Shown: positions 55,639 to 64,000 of the stretch, one piece after another
Layout: each line of letters starts with the position of its first letter
Position numbering within the stretch: the stretch's first letter is position 1
Source: a virus
Lineage: Duplodnaviria; Caudoviricetes
Reading direction: 5' to 3' (one strand)
Virus record (IMG/VR): IMGVR_UViG_3300020046_005360
Length of the DNA: 64,000 nt
Position numbers and translations under genes: made by a program
The notes under the pieces: model-generated
What the model saw: only the letters and a program-made list of their open reading frames with translations
Databases searched by the model: none
What the model was told of the DNA's origin: nothing

Positions 55639-58600
55639 TTAATTAAAGGGATTATAATATGTAGGCATAAATATAGGAGTTTTACCACTATATTCTATTC
55701 TAGTTTTAATTAGGGCGTTTGCTATAGTTTTAATATCAACTTTAGCAAAATTTGGATTACCTCCAGTACCACCATAGTTTGCTATTTGTCCTACTCCTGT
55801 AATTACATTACCTACTAATTCTCCACCAGATTTAGTTACTACAGGCATTGAAGCCCATTCATATCCTATATTATTTATTGCATTTGCTAAGTCTATAGAT
55901 GATCCTTTATTGATTCCTTTAATATAATTTCCTACAATATATCTGAATTCAAGTAGCATATGATCTCCCATTTTCTCTTGATTTTGTGGAGTGTATCTGT
56001 CGTTATCTTTAAATTTTAGTGCTACTTTTAAAATATTCATAGTACTAGGAATAATTTGAAATCTTCCAGAAGCAAATACCCTTCTTCTATCACTTTCACT
56101 TGATATATTTTGTAAGGATTTAATGTTTTGAAATGACATACCACTAACATTGGTTGAAGATCTCATACCTTTTCCTCCAGTATTTGCAACTCCATAATTA
56201 TTTCCACTCTCATAATTTCCTATTATATTCTTTAATTTAGTTAATGATTTATCAGTTTGTACTACATTAGAAGGTACGGTTAATATATTAATAAATGGGT
56301 TTGATAAATTTGGTATATTTGAATTAAATGAAATATTCTGAGATTGGTTATAGCTAGTATATGTCTTGATATCTTCTTTATCAAATCTTATACTAAGAGT
56401 TTGTCCTGTTATTTTTGTAGTCCATTTATTATTATCAAAAGTTTGATCTATTCCGTGTATTATGAAGGCTATTTTAGGTAATTTATCTTTAGTTTTATAT
56501 GATGATGGTAGTAAGTTTGTTGGTATAGTAAAAGCTGAATTTGGTATTATTCCAGAAATACCATCCATTGTTATATTAAAATCTAAAGGAATTATAACAG
56601 ACGCTTTATTAATTGAATCTTTGGCTATTCTATATTCTGATAGTAATCCCCTATATGTGTTTATGGAGGGGTCTATAGATGATATGTTTATATCAAAGTT
56701 ACTTCCTCCTGAACCCATTATACTTTCTAAATGTTGAATTAATGTTTTTAAATTATCTTCTGATATAGCAGGGTCTGGGGTTGTTGGAGTAGAGGGAGAG
56801 AAATTTGATGTTGTTTTCTCTGCTGATATTCTGTCTATTAAACCTCTAGATAAATTAGATATAGCGAATGCATCATCTCCTAAAGCACTTGGATTTGCTT
56901 GAGCGGCTATTGTTACCATACTAGCCATATTAGGACCTATTTTACTTTTAAAATTATAATTATATACTATACTTTTATTACCTAATATAGGGATTTCGGT
57001 ATATTGTGTTGAGTCTTCTAATTCTTTTTGAAGAGATAATTTATTATCATCTACTAACCTAACACATTTATTAGAATCATCTACAACCACTCTAAATTCA
57101 TTAAATCCCCCCAAAGCTTTACTAATACCATCTAGTAAAGAATTTAAAAATTCAGAAAAATTAACATCTCCCTTACCATCTTTATCTCTTTGATTTCTTA
57201 ATATATCTGTGATATAATTAATATTAACTAATATACACATCATACGAGCTCTAACTTCCTTTTCTTCTGGGGTTACATTAAGATAATTATTTACAAAACT
57301 ATCAGATTTTATTTCTTTTTTATATTTTATTTCTCCTTCTTCATATGTGCTAGAATACATAGAACCTCCAGAAATATTAGAAGGAGTGTATTCTTTTTCA
57401 ACAACGACACCATTAATATCATTAAATACTCTGTCTATCATTATCCCTAAACCAAAGGGATCATCCATATTGCTTTGATTTCGTGGTATAATACAAACTC
57501 TAGGATCTAGGGACATTTGTCCTTTAAAAGTGGCACAGTAATTTAATTGATCATTAAAATCTATGTAAATATATGGTTTTATATTATCTCCACTTTTATT
57601 ATATATCATTCCAGTAGCAGTTATTAATGCTAAAAGATGACCTAATGTTATATATATTTGTTTTTCATCATTTCCATTACCTTCATTATCTGTTATGTTA
57701 TATGAAACTCCTACTGATGTAAATAGAGTGTTGGATATGTTTTGTATTTGAACTTTTTCTCCACCATTATTTTTATTTAATTCGGATATTAAAGAGTAGT
57801 GATTTCCTTTTATAGCATTTTCGTCTCCAACGATATTTCCTTTATCATTAAAACTTAAAAATTTATATGGAGTATTATTATATATCTTATTTAATACTTT
57901 TCTATAATACGGACTATTAACTCCTAAAACAGTAACTCCAGAATCTCTAGATGGTGTATTATTTACTTGTTGATATATAGAAAATAGTGCTTTATTTAAT
58001 ACAGATAAATTTTTATCTGCAATTTGAGATGTTATATTTTTTTTATCTTCTTCATCTCCCGTATTTTGAGGTTTAGATAGAAAATTGGTATTTTTATTTA
58101 CAGCCTGATTTATTTTTAATGAATCTAATATATCTCCAGCCCCAACTAATTTTATATCACACAGATATGAACCATCATCTTGTATCTCCCAACCAAAATT
58201 GGAAGTAGTTCCGACCATTGCATCATAATTTCCAGAATGGTCTATTCTTTTCTTTTGAATTGCTTTTACTAGTTGTTCTTTATTCGAGTAACTAAATACA
58301 TCTAGGGGTTTTGGATTGGATAGGTTTGAATTTTCATCCAAATAGACAGTATGACCCCATTCTAAAACTAATGAAAACCCTAATTTCATATATAAGGCAT
58401 CCATTAATTCTAATTGCTTTATATCATAACAAATAAATTTTATAGTAGCATATTGTAAAGTACCTAACTTTCCCGCAGAACTCAAATCAATAGATGTTAT
58501 ACCAGGCATAGGTTTAAAACCTAATGGTTTAGAAGGAAGCATACTATAAGAACCGTTTGGTTCTACTCCAAACCTATTAGTAATTTTACCATTATCATTT

Positions 58601-58860
58601 TGGACAGTACCTCCTTGTAAAATATATTTTTTGGATAATGCAGCTCCAGATAGTCCATATTCTGCAAATAAAGGGTGGGATTCTGTTACATCAACACAAG
58701 ATGTTAATCTAATCCAAGCATTTTTGTTATTGAAGTATATAAGATGCTTATTTTCTCTTTTTCCATTATATTCTTCAACAAATTTCTTTCTATTTTCAAT
58801 CTGTTTAACTACATATGGTTGAAAAGGTCCACCAGCAATATTTGTAAATTTATCTGCCAT
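55639..58860 (-). CDS. baseplate hub-like protein with C-terminal lysozyme-like domain
   Basis: 1073 aa; PMPGI, LEWGH, ITMDGISG; C-terminal YESG...GRFQI...QEKMG...EWAS. Confidence 0.7.
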   Translation of the reverse strand: MADKFTNIAGGPFQPYVVKQIENRKKFVEEYNGKRENKHLIYFNNKNAWIRLTSCVDVTESHPLFAEYGLSGAALSKKYILQGGTVQNDNGKITNRFGVEPNGSYSMLPSKPLGFKPMPGITSIDLSSAGKLGTLQYATIKFICYDIKQLELMDALYMKLGFSLVLEWGHTVYLDENSNLSNPKPLDVFSYSNKEQLVKAIQKKRIDHSGNYDAMVGTTSNFGWEIQDDGSYLCDIKLVGAGDILDSLKINQAVNKNTNFLSKPQNTGDEEDKKNITSQIADKNLSVLNKALFSIYQQVNNTPSRDSGVTVLGVNSPYYRKVLNKIYNNTPYKFLSFNDKGNIVGDENAIKGNHYSLISELNKNNGGEKVQIQNISNTLFTSVGVSYNITDNEGNGNDEKQIYITLGHLLALITATGMIYNKSGDNIKPYIYIDFNDQLNYCATFKGQMSLDPRVCIIPRNQSNMDDPFGLGIMIDRVFNDINGVVVEKEYTPSNISGGSMYSSTYEEGEIKYKKEIKSDSFVNNYLNVTPEEKEVRARMMCILVNINYITDILRNQRDKDGKGDVNFSEFLNSLLDGISKALGGFNEFRVVVDDSNKCVRLVDDNKLSLQKELEDSTQYTEIPILGNKSIVYNYNFKSKIGPNMASMVTIAAQANPSALGDDAFAISNLSRGLIDRISAEKTTSNFSPSTPTTPDPAISEDNLKTLIQHLESIMGSGGSNFDINISSIDPSINTYRGLLSEYRIAKDSINKASVIIPLDFNITMDGISGIIPNSAFTIPTNLLPSSYKTKDKLPKIAFIIHGIDQTFDNNKWTTKITGQTLSIRFDKEDIKTYTSYNQSQNISFNSNIPNLSNPFINILTVPSNVVQTDKSLTKLKNIIGNYESGNNYGVANTGGKGMRSSTNVSGMSFQNIKSLQNISSESDRRRVFASGRFQIIPSTMNILKVALKFKDNDRYTPQNQEKMGDHMLLEFRYIVGNYIKGINKGSSIDLANAINNIGYEWASMPVVTKSGGELVGNVITGVGQIANYGGTGGNPNFAKVDIKTIANALIKTRIEYSGKTPIFMPTYYNPFN

Positions 58861-58864
58861 AACA

Positions 58865-59140
58865 TTATTTTATATTAAACCATTTCATATCTATTCCAGA
58901 TATGTTATTATGGGGAGTTTCTAAGTATTTTTCATAGTTTTTATACTTATTACTAACCACATAAATGCGATCATCTTGGATAGCGACATCTCTATCTAAT
59001 AATTTACCACTTTTATCATAAATTCTACCTTTTCCTGTTGGGGTTTTTTTAAGAATAAAAGGAAGGGTTGGATTATTCACTTTTATTTCAGTAATAATAC
59101 CAGCTAATTGTTGAAGACGTTCTATTTCGTTATATTTCAT
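58865..59140 (-). CDS. hypothetical protein with RLQQLAGI-ITE-IKVNNP leader
   Basis: Inserted in the tail operon; shared N-terminal motif. Confidence 0.7.
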   Translation of the reverse strand: MKYNEIERLQQLAGIITEIKVNNPTLPFILKKTPTGKGRIYDKSGKLLDRDVAIQDDRIYVVSNKYKNYEKYLETPHNNISGIDMKWFNIK

Positions 59141-59432
59141 TTGTTTTTTGGAAAGTATTTATTATAGAAGTTGAATCTCTTGGTATTCTAAGTTGCATTC
59201 CTACTGGAGGGTAAAATGAATCACATTCTAAATCGTTTACCATTGCCACAGCCCACCATAAAGATTCATCTCCCCAGAAATCATACGCAATAAGATCTAA
59301 TCTATCATTATATGAAGTTATAATATACGTATCATCTTCGTTAATGCCAATTTCTGGATAATAAGTTTGTGAATAAAGTTGTTTTCCTTCATCATTTGTA
59401 TAGGTAGGTATTGTTGTATAACGTGATGACAT
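59130..59432 (-). CDS. baseplate wedge LysM-like protein (gp53/tail X-like)
   Basis: DRLDLIAYDFWGDESLWWAVAMVN...GMQLRIP. Confidence 0.8.
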   Translation of the reverse strand: MSSRYTTIPTYTNDEGKQLYSQTYYPEIGINEDDTYIITSYNDRLDLIAYDFWGDESLWWAVAMVNDLECDSFYPPVGMQLRIPRDSTSIINTFQKTNEI

Positions 59433-59470
59433 GTTTTATAGTTTTGTATTTGAATATATTAAAAGCAATT

Positions 59471-61303
59471 TTAATTACCTAATAAATTTTTCTTATCAAT
59501 ATTTAAATTATAGAATGGATTTTTGTTAGTGATAAAATTCTCAGTGTCTCCTACATTTTCAGATATTAATGAAGGTACTTCATAATCAAATAATGTAATA
59601 GTTCTTGGTAATGTATGTAGTATTGGAACAAATGAAACTGATACGTTTATTGCTTGTGGTAATTCCATCATATCATTGTCTTTGCCTTCTTCAGGTTCAT
59701 CCATTTTTATCTCCCAAGAAAAGTTATCATCAATAGAATAGTTTAAAGATTTTAATATTCCAGGAGTTCTATATAAATACTCTCCAATAGTTAATCTAGT
59801 TATATTTCCTCTCATAAATCCATCAACAGAATAATCTGGTTGCAAAGTTGAATTAAGGTAGTTTAATTTTTGCCATAGAGGTTTCATCTCTTGTTTAGAT
59901 TGTGCTACTATAGTAAAATTAAATGAAATAGTTCTATCAAATCCTTGATATGTATACATATTTTCCCCCCTACCTGTATATCTTTTACCTTCCCAATCTG
60001 CTGTGTTACTATCTGTGAATCCTTTTAAAAATGCTCTGAAATGGGTTCTATATGTGTTGTTATTACTATTATTGTCTATAGTCTCAAATGCAAATTTTAT
60101 TAAATCTCTTGAATTTGGATCTTTTTCTACAGTGTGTTTATCAAAATTACCATAATATATAGGGGTCATGTTAACTTTATCTTGACCATCTTTAAATACA
60201 TTATTTGTACTTTCTCTTCCATTTTTCAATGTCCCAACACTAGTTCTAGGTCTTGCACCTGGAGATCCGATTCCTATACGAGTAGCCATTGGGATTTGGG
60301 AATTTGTGTAATCTCTTGAAAATACACTACCAGATATTCCTACATCTTTTCTAAAATCTGTAACTTTGTCTCCAAAAACTTTTTTAGAAATTTGATCATA
60401 TGTTAAAGTGTTGGAAAAAGGTGAAGTTTGGAAAGTATAATTTATTGGTTGTGGAATATTTCCACTTCCATCAATTCCAATTAAATCATTTACATTACTA
60501 CCAGAATTATATAATTTTAAATGACTACTTATATCACTATTAATAAAATATAAATTATTTCCCAAAGATCCTGTAGTAGGTTGTATTATATATCGAGAAA
60601 AAGGATCAGCCCCTTTAGCTCTTTTTGTATCTATTATAGAACCTTTATTATCTGTAGATCTAAATATTATAGTTTCTCCATCTCCATATAAAGAATTTGG
60701 TCCACCTCCATATTTTTGAATTTGGAATTCATCTGTTGATATTCCTAAATTATCTAATATAATTGAACCTGTATCAACTTTAATTATTTTATTATTATAT
60801 AGATTTACTAATCTATTTTCTTCAAGAGATTTTTTTCCAACAATAGATAAATATTTTTGATCATCATCTAATAAAGTTAATGGAGTGGCACCAGACCTAG
60901 AATAATGAACCCCAGTTCCTGTTGTAAGAGTTGAAAATAATAAATTAGAATTTAAATTATAAGTTCTAGTATTAATTCTTCCTCCATTTTTACCAGTTTC
61001 TATTAGAGGATTTGATTTTTGTAAACCAACCTGTTTAGAAGTAAAGTTACTTCCTTTAGGAAAATCAGTTAAAAATTTGCGGATTCTAATAGTATCTTCT
61101 GCAGCAGCACGGATAGCATAAAAACCACCTCTTTGTGGATAATCTGAGCTGAATCTCGCTGATTCTAATATAGTTTTAGTTGGGTCCGAATCAATGTTGT
61201 TTAGAGAATATTTTATATATGGTAGTCCAGAACTTCCCCCATCAGGGCGATCTTTTCCATATTTTAAATTTCGTAAATCTGATTTTAATTCCTTTAAACC
61301 CAT
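59471..61303 (-). CDS. baseplate/tail tube initiator-like protein
   Basis: FRAFL...W...YTGRGE...YQGFDRTISFNF...RLTIG. Confidence 0.65.
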   Translation of the reverse strand: MGLKELKSDLRNLKYGKDRPDGGSSGLPYIKYSLNNIDSDPTKTILESARFSSDYPQRGGFYAIRAAAEDTIRIRKFLTDFPKGSNFTSKQVGLQKSNPLIETGKNGGRINTRTYNLNSNLLFSTLTTGTGVHYSRSGATPLTLLDDDQKYLSIVGKKSLEENRLVNLYNNKIIKVDTGSIILDNLGISTDEFQIQKYGGGPNSLYGDGETIIFRSTDNKGSIIDTKRAKGADPFSRYIIQPTTGSLGNNLYFINSDISSHLKLYNSGSNVNDLIGIDGSGNIPQPINYTFQTSPFSNTLTYDQISKKVFGDKVTDFRKDVGISGSVFSRDYTNSQIPMATRIGIGSPGARPRTSVGTLKNGRESTNNVFKDGQDKVNMTPIYYGNFDKHTVEKDPNSRDLIKFAFETIDNNSNNNTYRTHFRAFLKGFTDSNTADWEGKRYTGRGENMYTYQGFDRTISFNFTIVAQSKQEMKPLWQKLNYLNSTLQPDYSVDGFMRGNITRLTIGEYLYRTPGILKSLNYSIDDNFSWEIKMDEPEEGKDNDMMELPQAINVSVSFVPILHTLPRTITLFDYEVPSLISENVGDTENFITNKNPFYNLNIDKKNLLGN

Positions 61304-61307
61304 TTAA

Positions 61308-61508
61308 TTATATAGGTAAATTGTTAATATATTTTTTAGCAGGTTGTTTTGGATCTAATTCTGATGGGGATGGTTTATTCGGTATATTTGGTAATCCATT
61401 TATAGAATATTCATTATGTTGCTTAGAGCCTTGTAATTTATTTAAATTATTTTGTGTTAATCCTTTTGTGGATAAATTCGAATTTTTTTCTTGACCTAGT
61501 ATTGACAT
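61308..61508 (-). CDS. small hypothetical virion-module protein
   Basis: 66 aa, PSELD...KYINNLP. Confidence 0.6.
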   Translation of the reverse strand: MSILGQEKNSNLSTKGLTQNNLNKLQGSKQHNEYSINGLPNIPNKPSPSELDPKQPAKKYINNLPI

Positions 61509-61540
61509 GATATTTTATTTATTTTATTTGGGTTTATTTA

Positions 61541-61825
61541 TTAATCTTCAATCATACTCCAATCCAGAATATCATCATTAATTTTCCATATATAAAATGG
61601 AATAAATGGATTTTTTGTTTGATTAAAGGGAGTTTTATTAAAATCAATTAGGTTATAATGTCCAGGATATCCCGATTTCCAATCTTTCCCTATTGTTTGT
61701 ATGAGTCTAAGGACCTCATTTTTATTATTAATTACAGTAGGTGTATTATAGCTACCTATATTTAAAGGGCCTGCATTTACTCTTATTTCACTTAATAAGA
61801 AATTTCTATGTTTTGATATATCCAT
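61541..61825 (-). CDS. hypothetical protein with LLSE-IRVN leader
   Basis: Late-type motif at 61836-61844. Confidence 0.65.
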   Translation of the reverse strand: MDISKHRNFLLSEIRVNAGPLNIGSYNTPTVINNKNEVLRLIQTIGKDWKSGYPGHYNLIDFNKTPFNQTKNPFIPFYIWKINDDILDWSMIED

Positions 61826-61850
61826 TTTATTTTATTATAAATATTAATTA

Positions 61851-64000
61851 TTATATTCTTCTATTTGATATAGCTAGTGGTGTTAATAATTCTTGAGAAA
61901 CTTTATTTCCATCTAAATTAACAGTCATCCCTTTTTTTAATTCCCCAGACATCACCCTAATTTCTGAAATTAATTGGTCTAATTTATTATTAAGTGATGA
62001 TGCTAAAGAAGAAACATTACCACCTTCTGATTTCTGTCCTCCCATTAAATCAGTTCCTGCTATAACACTATCATCTTTATTATTAAGTGATGATGCTAAA
62101 GAAGAAACATTACCACCTTCTGATTTCTGTCCTCCCATTAAATCAGTTCCTGCTATAACACTATCATCTTTATTTAATTGGATTGATCCTTTAGGACCTG
62201 ATAATATCATCCCCCCATCAGGACCTACCATACCATCATCCATTGATTTTAAATAACCATATGCCGCTGCCCCACCAGCTAAACCGATAGCAGTTGCTAT
62301 ACCTAATGTAGCAGCACTCATACCAGTCATTTGTGATACCGCTGTTGCTATTGCAACTCCTAAATTTTTAACCATTAATACACCCTGGGCAGCTAATGAT
62401 TTAATTGAACTCGCTTCAGCTGCTGCTCTTATGGTAGAATACATCGCAGATGCTTGTTGTAGTGTTTTAGCTATTCCTAAACTTATTACAACACTTCCTA
62501 TTAATGATTCCCAAATGGTTAACTGTTCTGTTGAACCGGTAAATAAACCAAATATTTTAGATACTGATTCTAATATGTATCGGAATGTTCCACTTATTGT
62601 TGTTAAAACTGGAAATAAGGTGTCAACTATTGGAGAAACTATACTCATTATAGGCCCAGCCATTGATACAAAAACTTCTTGTAGTTTTTCTGTTAAAGCT
62701 AAAAATCTTTCTTGGGTAGTAGTAGATTTTAATTGTCTTGCATATTCTTCTTTTCCTAATTTAACAATAGATGATAAACTACCTCCATGGTCAGTAAGAT
62801 ATTTAAGTTTTTTTCTATTTTCTTCATTATCTGTCATACCTAATTTAGAAAGAGCTTCTTGTTCCATCAACATATTACCCATCTCATCTCTAGACATACC
62901 CATTGCTTTAGCAATTGATTCTTGTTGCAAAACATTCATATCACCAAATGATGCCGATGTTATACCTTGTTTAGCTATTTCTTGGGATAAACCAGATATA
63001 TCATTTGTTAACGCATAATATCTTGCTCTTTCTAGGTTAAGAGATTTACCTGTCATTACTTCAGCTTCAAATTCAGAAGCAATAGAACTTTCTATATCAA
63101 GAAGTGAATTTTGTATTCCCTCTATTTCTTTTAATCCAAGTCCTATTTTTTTAACTTCGAAAGCAGCTTTCGCCAACTCAGCAGGATTCTTAGAAAATGT
63201 AATTAATGTTGCTTTAGAAATGTTTGAAATATCGTTTAATAACGCTTTTTCATTGATAGCTAAACCTTTTTTTAAATTTAAAGCTTTTACTTGACCTAAA
63301 TAAGTAGCAGCAATTTCCTTTTCAGGTTTACCAGTAATTAATCTTAGTTTGTATAATTGTTCAGCAGCTTCATTAGAATATCCTGCTTGTTTTGTTAATT
63401 CAGTATAGGTAGTTAACATTTCTCCATTCAATTGAGCACTAGTACCTAAGGAAGTATTTAAAGCGTTTTGAGCTTCTACTAATGATTTAGTAGTAATAAA
63501 AGTATTAGATGAAGTAGCAGCAACTTGAGTTAATTCTTGATTTATTTTAGAAGCTTGTTCATAAGAAATACCCATGGATTTGGCGGTTTCTCCTGTCATA
63601 GTATCAAAATTGGACATAGCTTTAACTATCATAGTTAATGCAGCCCCAAGTAATGCTATTGGTCCTAATGTTTTTGTAATATTTCCAAATAATTCCCCAG
63701 AAAATTTACTTATAATCTGAAATTTATTTTTATTACCTTCATTAGCTACTAACCATTCTTTAGTCTTAAATACAGCGCCATCAATATCTAATCTTTTAGA
63801 TAAACTCCCAAATCCTAATTTATCTAAGGACTTACTTATACCCTCAGCAATACTTGGTATCATACCCATTTTATCACCAATCATATTTGTAAGTCTTAAT
63901 TCTTCTTGTAGAGAATGTTCAATTTCTCTTCTAGAATCTATTTGAGATTCAAGACCACTAATCAAATCATCTATATGCTGTTTTTCAGGTCCATTTAATG
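61851..64000 (-). CDS. tail tape measure protein (C-terminal part; starts beyond the window)
   Basis: Long Ala/Leu-rich helical ORF, LLDIESSIASEFEAEVMTGKSLNLERAR; upstream of baseplate genes. Confidence 0.8.
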   Translation of the reverse strand, partial: LNGPEKQHIDDLISGLESQIDSRREIEHSLQEELRLTNMIGDKMGMIPSIAEGISKSLDKLGFGSLSKRLDIDGAVFKTKEWLVANEGNKNKFQIISKFSGELFGNITKTLGPIALLGAALTMIVKAMSNFDTMTGETAKSMGISYEQASKINQELTQVAATSSNTFITTKSLVEAQNALNTSLGTSAQLNGEMLTTYTELTKQAGYSNEAAEQLYKLRLITGKPEKEIAATYLGQVKALNLKKGLAINEKALLNDISNISKATLITFSKNPAELAKAAFEVKKIGLGLKEIEGIQNSLLDIESSIASEFEAEVMTGKSLNLERARYYALTNDISGLSQEIAKQGITSASFGDMNVLQQESIAKAMGMSRDEMGNMLMEQEALSKLGMTDNEENRKKLKYLTDHGGSLSSIVKLGKEEYARQLKSTTTQERFLALTEKLQEVFVSMAGPIMSIVSPIVDTLFPVLTTISGTFRYILESVSKIFGLFTGSTEQLTIWESLIGSVVISLGIAKTLQQASAMYSTIRAAAEASSIKSLAAQGVLMVKNLGVAIATAVSQMTGMSAATLGIATAIGLAGGAAAYGYLKSMDDGMVGPDGGMILSGPKGSIQLNKDDSVIAGTDLMGGQKSEGGNVSSLASSLNNKDDSVIAGTDLMGGQKSEGGNVSSLASSLNNKLDQLISEIRVMSGELKKGMTVNLDGNKVSQELLTPLAISNRRI
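61983..62174. repeat. exact 93-bp tandem duplication in the tape measure gene
   Basis: Units start at 61983 and 62076; encodes NKDDSVIAGTDLMGGQKSEGGNVSSLASSLN twice. Confidence 0.95.

Noticed and set aside
175-63018. All plus-strand ORFs in the track (e.g. 20541..21122, 62431..63018)
   Set aside because: They are antisense shadows of well-supported minus-strand genes, have no recognisable motifs and mostly use TTG starts.
1-64000. Stop-codon reassignment (as in some crAss-like or jumbo phages)
   Set aside because: Long genes are intact in code 11, and both TAG and TAA terminate YEIY-family ORFs at the same position.
1-64000. tRNA or rRNA genes
   Set aside because: No cloverleaf or T-loop signatures seen in the short intergenic gaps; a tRNAscan-SE run would be needed to be certain.

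Overview
A 64 kb slice of a large, very AT-rich lytic phage genome, probably a myovirus with a Bacteroidota (Flavobacterium-like) host. The host inference rests on the TTG-N16/17-TTCGTATATTTAC promoters, the lack of Shine-Dalgarno motifs and a DUF4494 protein. Essentially all real genes are on the minus strand and use the standard code. Read in transcription direction (64 kb to 1) the window holds: tape measure and baseplate genes; a PolA-family polymerase; gp32-like SSB, RecA/UvsX, a 5'-3' exonuclease, a DnaB-like helicase and class II RNR; a lysis module; a 7-deazaguanine DNA-modification cluster (QueD, DpdA-like, QueC, Gat, FolE, QueE) with ThyA; a PolB split into two genes; sliding clamp, GroES/GroEL and clamp loader; five glycosyltransferases and an LpxA-like acyltransferase; and a region of small accessory ORFs. 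About ten free-standing homing-endonuclease-like genes are scattered through it. The most unusual signals: (1) a ~100 nt structured RNA leader with a covarying 7-bp kissing loop upstream of two distant HNH genes; (2) seven otherwise unrelated small proteins ending in P-x-Y-E-I-Y; (3) a modular N-terminal tag (RLQxLAGI-x-TE followed by IKVNNP, or bare MKINNP) on unrelated proteins; (4) a GIY-YIG cassette that supplies the identical C-terminus KIKASE* to two different host genes, carries a promoter/hairpin switch, and left a displaced old gene end behind. All product calls come from motif recognition by eye; no database searches were run.
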